This document shows, one piece after another, positions 9,662 to 17,958 of a stretch of 64,000 nucleotides of DNA. Each line of letters opens with the position of its first letter. Position 1 is the stretch's first letter. The notes below the pieces were generated by a model. The model did not search any database. It was given only the letters and a program-made list of their open reading frames with translations, and was not told where the DNA came from. The DNA is taken from assembly GCA_027065695.1 (NCBI GenBank), contig JAMONP010000032.1, positions 20,084 to 84,083 of the forward strand, given 5' to 3'. This DNA comes from Desulfuromonadales bacterium. GTDB taxonomy: Bacteria > Desulfobacterota > Desulfuromonadia > Desulfuromonadales > BM103. Both the position numbers and the translations under genes were made by a program.

Positions 9662-10825
9662 ATGCTGAAAAATATATTTGACTGGTGCAAGCGACATATT
9701 GTCATCTTTACCATTCTTTCGGTGGTGTTTGTCGTGGTGTTCGGCTTTATTAATATTCAGATTCTGCATATGACTTCGGAACCAGAATTCTGCCATCTCT
9801 GCCATCCCGCGCAAGGTTTCGGTCCTCTGGCTGAAGTTGATTCCTGGGAACACTCGGCTCACGGTGATGCGGGCGTTTCGTGCCTCGACTGCCACGGTCG
9901 CCCCGGCGTAATTGGTTACATGAAAGCCAAACTAGGTGGCCTTAAGGACACCTATCTACAGCTGACCATCTCCAAAGAAGAAAAGCTGGAGATTCTGTCG
10001 AACCCACACGAAGACCTGGTTCCATCCTGGCACTGCCTTTACTGCCATTCCGACGAAGGTAACGAGACGGTTCGCAAGAACACAAGAGGTCCGATGAAGC
10101 TCGTCAACATGCGCATGCTGGACGATGTGGTTAACCCGGCATTTCGTGAGCGCAAAGGTCTGGCAGACATTATGACTGAAGATTTTGTCGGTGGTATTCA
10201 CTTCGACCACAGCCTGCATATTGAAGATTTTGACCTGACTTGCCGTGATTGCCATTTTGGTGTTGTTCATAATCCGGCAACGGCAACAGACCGAATGAAC
10301 TTCTGTATCGCTTGTCATGCCGATGTTGGCGATGATGCCCCTCAGATGAATGATTGCAATGTTTGCCACGAAGCTCAAGTTGTCATGAACGAAGGCGTCG
10401 GCATTGAAGGCCTGGAAGACACTCCCAGTATGATGTACGGTGAGGCTGCGGACATGACTTGCACCGATTGCCATACCGGTGTTACCAAAGGCGTCTATCG
10501 TCCTTCTTCTGAAACTTGTATGGACTGCCATGAAGATGAAGTATACAAGGAGATCTTTGACGAGTGGGCTGGCACGACTGAAGCTCGCATTAATGAACTC
10601 AAAGAGACCCGCATCGAAGTAGAAGCGGCCTTGCTTGATGCTGATGCGGCAAAACGTGACACGGCTGAGGTTTGGAAAACTTACGAAAGAGCGCTTCGTA
10701 ACCTCAAGTTTGTACGTAACGATGGCACTCATGGTGTCCATAATAACGAATATGCCATGGCCATTCTCGACGCTGTCAGGGCCGATTTCAAGAAGGCTAT
10801 GAAACAGCTTGATTCCGTCTGGTAA
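9662..10825 (+). CDS. Membrane-anchored octahaem c-type cytochrome (NapC/NirT-like N-terminal part)
   Basis: One N-terminal TM helix and eight CXXCH sites: CHLCH, CLDCH, CLYCH, CRDCH, CIACH, CNVCH, CTDCH, CMDCH. The C-terminal helical region ends GTHGVHNNEYAMAILD. Confidence 0.85.
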   Translation: MLKNIFDWCKRHIVIFTILSVVFVVVFGFINIQILHMTSEPEFCHLCHPAQGFGPLAEVDSWEHSAHGDAGVSCLDCHGRPGVIGYMKAKLGGLKDTYLQLTISKEEKLEILSNPHEDLVPSWHCLYCHSDEGNETVRKNTRGPMKLVNMRMLDDVVNPAFRERKGLADIMTEDFVGGIHFDHSLHIEDFDLTCRDCHFGVVHNPATATDRMNFCIACHADVGDDAPQMNDCNVCHEAQVVMNEGVGIEGLEDTPSMMYGEAADMTCTDCHTGVTKGVYRPSSETCMDCHEDEVYKEIFDEWAGTTEARINELKETRIEVEAALLDADAAKRDTAEVWKTYERALRNLKFVRNDGTHGVHNNEYAMAILDAVRADFKKAMKQLDSVW

Positions 10826-10846
10826 ATTGGTTATTTGATGATCTAA

Positions 10847-10881
10847 GAAAAAAGGCACTCGCTGATACGGGTGCCTTTTTT
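10847..10881 (+). terminator. Rho-independent terminator after the octahaem gene
   Basis: AAAAAAGGCAC ... GTGCCTTTTTT hairpin with a T tract. Confidence 0.7.
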
Positions 10882-10930
10882 ATGCTGTCAAAGACAGTCA
10901 ACTATATTGATTAGCTTATGATTAAAGATT

Positions 10931-11004
10931 TTCATTCCCGAAGGTGTTATCGGGAATACAGACCATAAAATATGGATCCCCGATAAAATCATTCGGGGAT
11001 GACG
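10931..11004. repeat. Palindromic REP-like element, same family as 6751-6986 (copy 3)
   Basis: TTCATTCCCGAAGGTGTTATCGGGAATACAG ... TGGATCCCCGATAAAATCATTCGGGGATGACG. Confidence 0.75.
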
Positions 11005-11131
11005 TACATTGGCCAATAATTCAGACCCTCAATTCCCCCTGTTTTACAGGGGGGCAGCTAGTTCAACGAGCAGGGGGGTGTTCTTAATGGTTTAAGTGTC
11101 TGGGCGGAAGTTACATTTCATATAGCATAAA

Positions 11132-12961
11132 TCAACTTGAGCCTTGATCAACTGTACTCTTGGTACCTGAATCAACAGACTTATTCCAGCGACCTAGAAC
11201 AAATGATGCCAGTGCTGCAACCAAGCCAAAAGTAAAGACACTGATCATCAACGGCATGCCCTTCAACTGCACCATATCCATCAAGAACACCTTGCCGGCT
11301 CCGATCACGGTTATCACTATCGCCACATTACGCAACTCCTTGTTGCGCCGCATCAGACTCAGCCACAGCAGAACCGCTGCAGTTACGTTGATCAAAACCG
11401 ATTGAGCACCACCGAAAGCGCTGTGGGTTGCAGTGTGCAGAAAATCGAGAACCTGATATAGGCCAACCCGCATGGTGAAAAACCCGCTGGTCAGCGCCGC
11501 TATCAGAAGCAGGCTCGCACCACGATCATTTTTGTTGAGCTTATTTATGAAGGTTTCGCCGGTAACAGGAGGATGTCGACGTGCCCAAAAATAATGTAAA
11601 AAAGCAATGATTGCCAACAATCCGGAAGAGAGCGCACTGACAATCGATGGCTTGGTGCCATCAGTTGTCCACAGCAGGCCAACCAAAGCAGAACAGGCGT
11701 AGAGCTGCAGGAGATAGGAAGACAGTCTCAGCCCTATGCTGCTGCGCCGCACAGAAACCCAGGCCATGCCAACAGCAAGTACGGCGACAAGGGCTGTGGC
11801 AATCACCGCGTGACCAATGGCCATAGGTGCCGCAAAGGCCAAGAGCAAACCGCCTGCTAGGGCAAAAGAAGTTGTTCCCAAAGCCCCTTTTTCTGCCCGA
11901 TGGGCCAGCCACCAGGCAATTCCCAGATGGGCCAGTGCCGCAATCATTGCCGCCCAGCCAAAAATAAACGGCGTTGTTAACCCTTGACCAATCGCATAAC
12001 TTGCCGCCAGGTAGATCCAACAGACGTTAATAATTGGCAAGCCAACATCAAACTTGGAGATTTTCTCCTGCACCTTACCTAGAACCCCAAGGAGGGCAAT
12101 GCCGACAAAGACCATCCCCAGAAAAGCGATCGACGGCAATAACCCCCGGACAGAGAATTCGAGGCTTGCAGGGCTCATTTTACTGAGGTAGATAGATAGC
12201 TTCAGATCCCATATCTGGATCATGAAGAGAGTCAGGACAAGCAGCAACCAACGCAGCCAGGAAGCCCTCAGAAGACGCGTTGCATAGGTGGCAAAAATAT
12301 TTGCTAATCCTAAGATGATGACCAGATAAGGGAAAACCGGGCTGGGATAATTGAGCGCAAAACTGCCGAAACTCATGCCAAGGGTGCCGACAAAAACCGG
12401 TAAAGCCACATGATGGTTGCGACTGATGACAGTCGCAACCAGACCAGTGACAGCCATGGCCACATAGGCCATTTCGGTCGGCACCGTGGCAAAGACTCGA
12501 TGCGCCTCGACAACCACGCTGCACATAACAATAACGCCCCAGAGAGTAAATACAGGCGCTTGAATGCTCTTTTCTTTATATGCGAACCAGCCGTAAACAA
12601 GTAGTCCCAGAGCATAGAGCATGCCGATAAAGGAACCAAGCTGCAGGTCTACAATGCCGTTGTCTGAAGCGGTGCGTAATGCTAGAGCGACAGCGACAAT
12701 GAAGCTGGTCGTTGCAACACGTGACAAAATGTACGATTTGTCGACCCAGGAAAGGATCTCCTCAGAAGTTTCACCTTTAGCTAAAATTTTGCGCGGCGCT
12801 TTTTCCTTTGTTGCAGACTTATCAGTTAACGACTTACTTGTGGTCTGCTCTCGAATTATCTGTAATTCGTTGACCGATGCCACCAAGGAAGCGACTTGTG
12901 CTTCGAGGTCAACAACACGTTTTTCAAGCTCGGTAGGTTGATCCACCATAACACCTCGCAT
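11132..12961 (-). CDS. Large polytopic membrane protein with an N-terminal coiled coil (DUF2339-like)
   Basis: 609-aa ORF. The N-terminal coiled coil (ELEKRVVDLEAQVASLVASVNELQ) is followed by more than 15 hydrophobic helices. The family call comes from architecture only. Confidence 0.6.
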   Translation of the reverse strand: MRGVMVDQPTELEKRVVDLEAQVASLVASVNELQIIREQTTSKSLTDKSATKEKAPRKILAKGETSEEILSWVDKSYILSRVATTSFIVAVALALRTASDNGIVDLQLGSFIGMLYALGLLVYGWFAYKEKSIQAPVFTLWGVIVMCSVVVEAHRVFATVPTEMAYVAMAVTGLVATVISRNHHVALPVFVGTLGMSFGSFALNYPSPVFPYLVIILGLANIFATYATRLLRASWLRWLLLVLTLFMIQIWDLKLSIYLSKMSPASLEFSVRGLLPSIAFLGMVFVGIALLGVLGKVQEKISKFDVGLPIINVCWIYLAASYAIGQGLTTPFIFGWAAMIAALAHLGIAWWLAHRAEKGALGTTSFALAGGLLLAFAAPMAIGHAVIATALVAVLAVGMAWVSVRRSSIGLRLSSYLLQLYACSALVGLLWTTDGTKPSIVSALSSGLLAIIAFLHYFWARRHPPVTGETFINKLNKNDRGASLLLIAALTSGFFTMRVGLYQVLDFLHTATHSAFGGAQSVLINVTAAVLLWLSLMRRNKELRNVAIVITVIGAGKVFLMDMVQLKGMPLMISVFTFGLVAALASFVLGRWNKSVDSGTKSTVDQGSS

Positions 12962-13327
12962 TTGTTCGCATTATTACGACAAGAGCTGCTCCCAACAGAA
13001 CTTGAGCGCTTCTACCCCTTATTAATGGTCAAGCAGGACAGAAGGTTCTCTGTACCCGACCCGTTCAATGTAGTATTGACAATAAAACACTATTTTATCT
13101 GTTTCAATATGTCAAGATCTCCAGGCCAATCAAAGATTAAAACGGTTCACACTAATAAAATTTAATGTGTTGCATGGTTATGCATGGAATCAACAGATTA
13201 TCTTAATGGCTATATTTTCGATAGAATCACTGTTTGAACGATTGACAGAGGTCATTTGTCATGATAAAAACAAAACCTCGTTTTACTGGATTTAACGAAT
13301 TTTTGCATTAATAGTAAGGAGACGCCT

Positions 13328-13798
13328 GTGAAAAACCATGTTTGGCGACCGCTATTCGTGGTCATTGTCATCGTTATCGGTATTTTGGTGTTCAGAGCGT
13401 TCTACGTACCCTCTGATTTTGGTGTACAGGAGCGTGGTTACACTTTTGGTTATCATCGTCTGAGTAATGAACAGGAGTGGAAAGATTACCCTGCAAAGCA
13501 CAAAGGTAACGACTATTGCAACGAATGTCATGACGACAAGATTGAGGAGCTCGAAAGTGCACAACACGGCATAATCCCTTGTGAGAATTGTCATGGCGCA
13601 GCATTCGATCATCCCAATGACCCTGAGAAATTGACCATAGACAGGAGTAGGGGCCTTTGTCTTCGCTGTCATGCAGAACTTATCATGCCGTCCAGTGGTC
13701 GGAATGATATTCCCGGCATAGATCCGGTCGAGCACAATAAAGGTGAGGAGTGTAGCGAATGCCACAATCCGCACAATCCCAGCCTGGAGGATATGTGA
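13328..13798 (+). CDS. TM-anchored tetrahaem c-type cytochrome, first gene of a cytochrome/NrfC/NrfD module
   Basis: GTG start after AAGGAG. N-terminal TM helix and four CXXCH sites (CNECH, CENCH, CLRCH, CSECH). Confidence 0.85.
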   Translation: MKNHVWRPLFVVIVIVIGILVFRAFYVPSDFGVQERGYTFGYHRLSNEQEWKDYPAKHKGNDYCNECHDDKIEELESAQHGIIPCENCHGAAFDHPNDPEKLTIDRSRGLCLRCHAELIMPSSGRNDIPGIDPVEHNKGEECSECHNPHNPSLEDM

Positions 13799-13800
13799 TC

Positions 13801-14574
13801 ATGAAAAGACGTGACTTCTTAAAAAACACTGCGGTTTTTGTTGCCGGCGCATCGGTCTCGGTAGCCGCCCTTGATTTCATAGATCCTAAGGAGCTTTTAG
13901 CAGCGAATCCAGAATTAAAATGGGGCTTCCTGGTTGACACCTACAAGTGTGTAGGCTGCGGCTTCTGCGTCAAAGCCTGTAAAACTGAAAGTGACATTCC
14001 CTTTGAAGCCAACGTAACCCGCACCTGGGTTGAACGCTACGTCATCAAGAGGGATGGCGATGTTGTCATGGATTGCCCGAAAGGGGCTCGTGACGGCTAC
14101 ACAACCAAGTTGCTCGATGAGAACCGCTCTGGCATGGTAGAGGTGCCTGATGAAGAAATTGCCCAGGCTTTTTTCGTTCCGAAGCTCTGTAATCATTGCA
14201 CAACCCCGGCATGTGTACAGGTCTGCCCGGTCGGAGCAACCTACCAGACTGCAGACGGCGTTGTTCTGGTCGATTGGACCTGGTGTATCGGCTGCGGTTA
14301 TTGCATCATGGGCTGTCCTTACGGAGTTCGCTTCTTCCATCCGGTGGAACGTGTCGCCGACAAGTGCACCTTCTGCTACCACCGCATCAGCAAGGGTGGC
14401 AATACAGCCTGCGCACAAGCCTGTCCCTTTGGTGCCCGCCAAATAGGTAACCTCAAGGATCCGAATGATCCGGTTGCACAAGCGATAATGACCCAGCGCG
14501 TTGGCATATTACGTGATGAATATGGAACCAAGCCAAACGTCTATTACATCGGCTTGAACAAGGAGGTACGCTAG
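13801..14574 (+). CDS. Tat-exported 4Fe-4S ferredoxin subunit (NrfC/PsrB/HybA-like)
   Basis: ORF 13759..14574 trimmed to the ATG at 13801. Twin-arginine signal MKRRDFLKNTAVFVAGA. Cys clusters CVGCGFCVKAC, CNHCTTPACVQVCP, CIGCGYCIMGCP and CTFC...C..ACP. Confidence 0.9.
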   Translation: MKRRDFLKNTAVFVAGASVSVAALDFIDPKELLAANPELKWGFLVDTYKCVGCGFCVKACKTESDIPFEANVTRTWVERYVIKRDGDVVMDCPKGARDGYTTKLLDENRSGMVEVPDEEIAQAFFVPKLCNHCTTPACVQVCPVGATYQTADGVVLVDWTWCIGCGYCIMGCPYGVRFFHPVERVADKCTFCYHRISKGGNTACAQACPFGARQIGNLKDPNDPVAQAIMTQRVGILRDEYGTKPNVYYIGLNKEVR

Positions 14575-14576
14575 TC

Positions 14577-15881
14577 ATGGTTGAACAAGTTGCCCAAATG
14601 GTCGTTCACGGTGAAGCATGGACCATCAAAGACCTCTTTGTCCTCCCCAACGAATACGTTTACTGGTCAATCCAGATCGTCCTGTATCCTTACATGACGG
14701 GTTTGGTCGCCGGTGCCTTTGTGCTTTCATCTCTCTATCACGTCTTCAATGTTGAAAAGTTAAAGGAGATCGCCCGCTATGCTCTGGTCTTCTCCTTTGC
14801 CTTACTGCCGGTAGCGATGATGCCACTCATGCTGCACCTTATGCAGCCGTTCCGCGGCATTAATGTCTTGATGACACCACATTTTACTTCGGCAATTTCA
14901 GCCTTTGGTATTGTCTTCATGACATATGCCTTCATTGTCGCTGCTGAGATCTGGTTTGTTTACCGCAAGTTCATTGTCGAATCAATTTACCGCCTCACTG
15001 AAAAGCAAGATTGCACCAGACTGGAAAGGCTCCTGTTACCTATCTATAAAGTCATTTCACTTGGCGCTATGGACATATCTGACAAGGCTCTTAACTCTGA
15101 CCATAAGGCTATTAAGTTTTTGGCAGCACTCGGTATTCCGGTTGCCTGCTTCCTGCACGGTTATGCCGGATTTATTTTCGGGTCAGTTAAAGCCAATGCG
15201 CTCTGGATGACTCCACTCATGCCGGTTATCTTTATTTGTTCGGCGGTTGTTTCCGGGATTGCGCTCTGTATTGTCAGTTATTATCTTTTCATGGAGATAC
15301 GTAAATGGGCTGCCAAACGTGGTAAAAACTGGTTGCTTCCAGACGCCCTGGCTCAAGGTGGCACGGCGATTCCTGTCGAACAACTGCGTAGCATTCAGGA
15401 GCATGAAGTCAAGATAACCTCAAAGTACCTTCTGATCTTCATGACCGCAGCACTCACGCTTGAAATTCTAGATATGATTTTCCGTGGTTATACTGCTGTC
15501 AAGTCGTGGGATGCCCTGCGTATGGTTATCTACGAACATGATTTTATGAAGATTTTCGTCTACCAGTACGGAATTGGCAACTTCCTGCCATTTTTGATGT
15601 TACTGCTGCCAGGCCTGACAACCAGGCGCGCGGTTATCGCCAGTTCACTGGTTCTCTTCGGTGTCTTCATGATGCGTTGGAATGTTGTCATTGGCGGACA
15701 GGCTTTCTCTCTTACCTTTGCGGGCTTCATGGAATATAGCATGCCAATTATCCCCCACGATATCGAAACCTTCAAAGAAGGGTTGGGAGGAATGTTGTCA
15801 GTCATTGTGACCCCTTTTATTATCTTTTATTTCCTCAACATGATTTTCCCAGCGTTTATGACTGATAATGAATCTCATTGA
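14577..15881 (+). CDS. NrfD/PsrC-family polytopic quinone-interacting membrane subunit
   Basis: 434 aa with about 10 TM helices. Starts 2 nt after the Fe-S subunit stop. The order cytochrome / Fe-S / NrfD is typical of a quinol:cytochrome module with no catalytic subunit. Confidence 0.85.
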   Translation: MVEQVAQMVVHGEAWTIKDLFVLPNEYVYWSIQIVLYPYMTGLVAGAFVLSSLYHVFNVEKLKEIARYALVFSFALLPVAMMPLMLHLMQPFRGINVLMTPHFTSAISAFGIVFMTYAFIVAAEIWFVYRKFIVESIYRLTEKQDCTRLERLLLPIYKVISLGAMDISDKALNSDHKAIKFLAALGIPVACFLHGYAGFIFGSVKANALWMTPLMPVIFICSAVVSGIALCIVSYYLFMEIRKWAAKRGKNWLLPDALAQGGTAIPVEQLRSIQEHEVKITSKYLLIFMTAALTLEILDMIFRGYTAVKSWDALRMVIYEHDFMKIFVYQYGIGNFLPFLMLLLPGLTTRRAVIASSLVLFGVFMMRWNVVIGGQAFSLTFAGFMEYSMPIIPHDIETFKEGLGGMLSVIVTPFIIFYFLNMIFPAFMTDNESH

Positions 15882-15906
15882 TTAGATAGATAAATCACCA
15901 AACTTC

Positions 15907-15945
15907 AAAAAAGGCCACTCTCAGATTGAGAGTGGCCTTTTTATT
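15907..15945. terminator. Bidirectional rho-independent terminator
   Basis: Stem AAGGCCACTCTC / GAGAGTGGCCTT, flanked by A-rich sequence on the left and T-rich sequence on the right. It lies between convergent genes. Confidence 0.8.
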
Positions 15946-15980
15946 TATTTCAGGGTCGGAGTTGCCTCCAGCCATAGATT

Positions 15981-16127
15981 TTAGTTGAACATCTTGGCGC
16001 CGAGATAAGCAAGTGCCGGCCAGGCGATCAGAACGGCTGAGATGAAAGCAAAGACGCCGAGAGCGGCAATGATCAAAACCAGGTAACTGCTTTTTACGGT
16101 ATCCATAAAGTTAGTTTGAGTTTTCAT
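15981..16127 (-). CDS. 48-aa single-pass membrane peptide (below the ORF-track size cutoff)
   Basis: ATG at 16127 preceded by ACAGGAGGTCGTT. Translation: MKTQTNFMDTVKSSYLVLIIAALGVFAFISAVLIAWPALAYLGAKMFN. It is followed by the bidirectional terminator. Confidence 0.55.
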   Translation of the reverse strand: MKTQTNFMDTVKSSYLVLIIAALGVFAFISAVLIAWPALAYLGAKMFN

Positions 16128-16405
16128 AACGACCTCCTGTTGATTTGTTTGTAATTTGTTCCTTCCTCTTGGTTAAAGTTTTAACATTAAGATAATCTCA
16201 TGTCAACAATAAAAGTTAAAGATTTCTCATGTTAATCTTTGGAAGTTCTAACCACGCCTTTTCTCTTGTGTTTTTTGTGCTTGTTTGATAAGTAATCGCC
16301 AATTAATCTTTTTTATTAATCTGACGGTTTTTAAATAATCAACATTCAATACAGTTTTATTAAGAGCTACACCGGCCGTCAATTCAGGAACAACAGGAGC
16401 GTTTC

Positions 16406-17875
16406 ATGGCACAGTTTGAGATGGTTAAGGACTTCTTCCTTGGCATCAAACGCAGTCGCATCTCTTTCGTCGGCGGCATGCTCGTCACTATCACTACCCC
16501 TTTCCTGCTCGCCTACATGTTGGCCGACACGATCTGGTATATTAAAAACCCCTATTCTGGAGCGGCTGTTTATCTTGCCTTGGGTCCAATTTTTCTTCTT
16601 GGACTGGTAATGATCTTTGTTGGCGCTTTCTTTTTTCGTGGTGACCGGGATGCCCATCTCTTTACCCTTGAATATCTACGCGAGTATTTCACAGAGCCTG
16701 GCATGTTCCATCGCCTGCGTAAGAATATTTTCCTGATCGTCCTGCTGACCTCTATCAATGTTGCGGTGTTCAGCATGTTTCTTTACCGAGCTTACCACTA
16801 TATGGAATCAACCCAGTTCTGTGGCCAATTCTGCCATACTGTCATGCAGCCTGAGCATACTGCCTATCAGAACTCACCACATTCACGCGTCGCCTGTGTC
16901 GAATGTCATATCGGCTCTGGAGCCGACTGGTTTGTAAAATCTAAAATCTCAGGTGCACGACAGTTGCTGGCCGTAGTCGCTGATACTTACCCAACGCCGA
17001 TAGAGACTCCGGTACATGGCCTACGCCCGGCACGAGACACCTGCGAGGAGTGCCACCGGCCTGAACTTTTCCACGGTGACAAGTTGAGAATTACCAAACG
17101 TTTTCTTCCAGATGAACAAAACACCGCAGTACACGATGTTCTGTTAATGAAGATCGGCAGTGCCGGAGATCGAGCAAAAAGTTCGCATGGTATACACTGG
17201 CATGTTGCACCGGAGAACAAAATCACCTATCGGTCCACGGATCACAGTCGCATGGTGATCCCGGAAGTTACCCTGACCGAAGCTGACGGCACACAAACAA
17301 TCTTTCGCACTGCAGACGCAGATGAGTTGTTACAAAATGCTGCAAAGGCCGGAGAATCTCGTGAAATGGATTGTATTGATTGCCACAACCGGCCATCACA
17401 CATCTACCTTCTGCCTGATGATGCTCTGGATCTCTTGCTTGCTGAAGGTGACATTCCTCTGAGCCTTCCGTATATCAAGGCACAGGCGATGGAAGCGATC
17501 ACGCCAATTTACGCAAGCTTGGACCAGGCGAAAGAAGCCATCACCAGCAAACTCACCAACTGGTACAAGGAGAACTATCCTGACCTGGTGAAAGCAAAAC
17601 CAGAGTTACTTCAACTCGCCATAAAGGGTGTCATTACCGCTTACTCCAACAATGTTTTTCCGGAAATGAAGGTTGAATGGGGCACCTACGTGAACCACAT
17701 CAGCCACGGTCCCAATTTTGATATTGGTTGCTTCCGCTGCCACGATGACATGCACGAAAGTCCTGATGGCAAAACCATCTCTGCGGATTGTGATACCTGT
17801 CACACCCTGCTGGCTATTGAAGAACAGGATCCACCTATATTAAGAACCTTGCAGGGAAAAAAACTTAAGAAATAA
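16406..17875 (+). CDS. Three-TM multihaem c-type cytochrome (NapC/NirT-related, ImcH-like architecture)
   Basis: Three N-terminal TM helices. Haem sites are CGQFCH (CX3CH), CVECH, CEECH, CIDCH, CFRCH and CDTCH. AGGAG lies upstream. Confidence 0.85.
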   Translation: MAQFEMVKDFFLGIKRSRISFVGGMLVTITTPFLLAYMLADTIWYIKNPYSGAAVYLALGPIFLLGLVMIFVGAFFFRGDRDAHLFTLEYLREYFTEPGMFHRLRKNIFLIVLLTSINVAVFSMFLYRAYHYMESTQFCGQFCHTVMQPEHTAYQNSPHSRVACVECHIGSGADWFVKSKISGARQLLAVVADTYPTPIETPVHGLRPARDTCEECHRPELFHGDKLRITKRFLPDEQNTAVHDVLLMKIGSAGDRAKSSHGIHWHVAPENKITYRSTDHSRMVIPEVTLTEADGTQTIFRTADADELLQNAAKAGESREMDCIDCHNRPSHIYLLPDDALDLLLAEGDIPLSLPYIKAQAMEAITPIYASLDQAKEAITSKLTNWYKENYPDLVKAKPELLQLAIKGVITAYSNNVFPEMKVEWGTYVNHISHGPNFDIGCFRCHDDMHESPDGKTISADCDTCHTLLAIEEQDPPILRTLQGKKLKK

Positions 17876-17885
17876 TTTTCAACCA

Positions 17886-17927
17886 AAAAAAAGGGGGCGG
17901 ACTCAATGAGTTCGCCCCCTTTTTTAT
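17886..17927. terminator. Bidirectional rho-independent terminator
   Basis: AAAAAAAAGGGGGCG ... CGCCCCCTTTTTT, between convergent genes. Confidence 0.8.
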
Positions 17928-17958
17928 TTAGCCCAATCCATGAATCAACAAAAACCGC

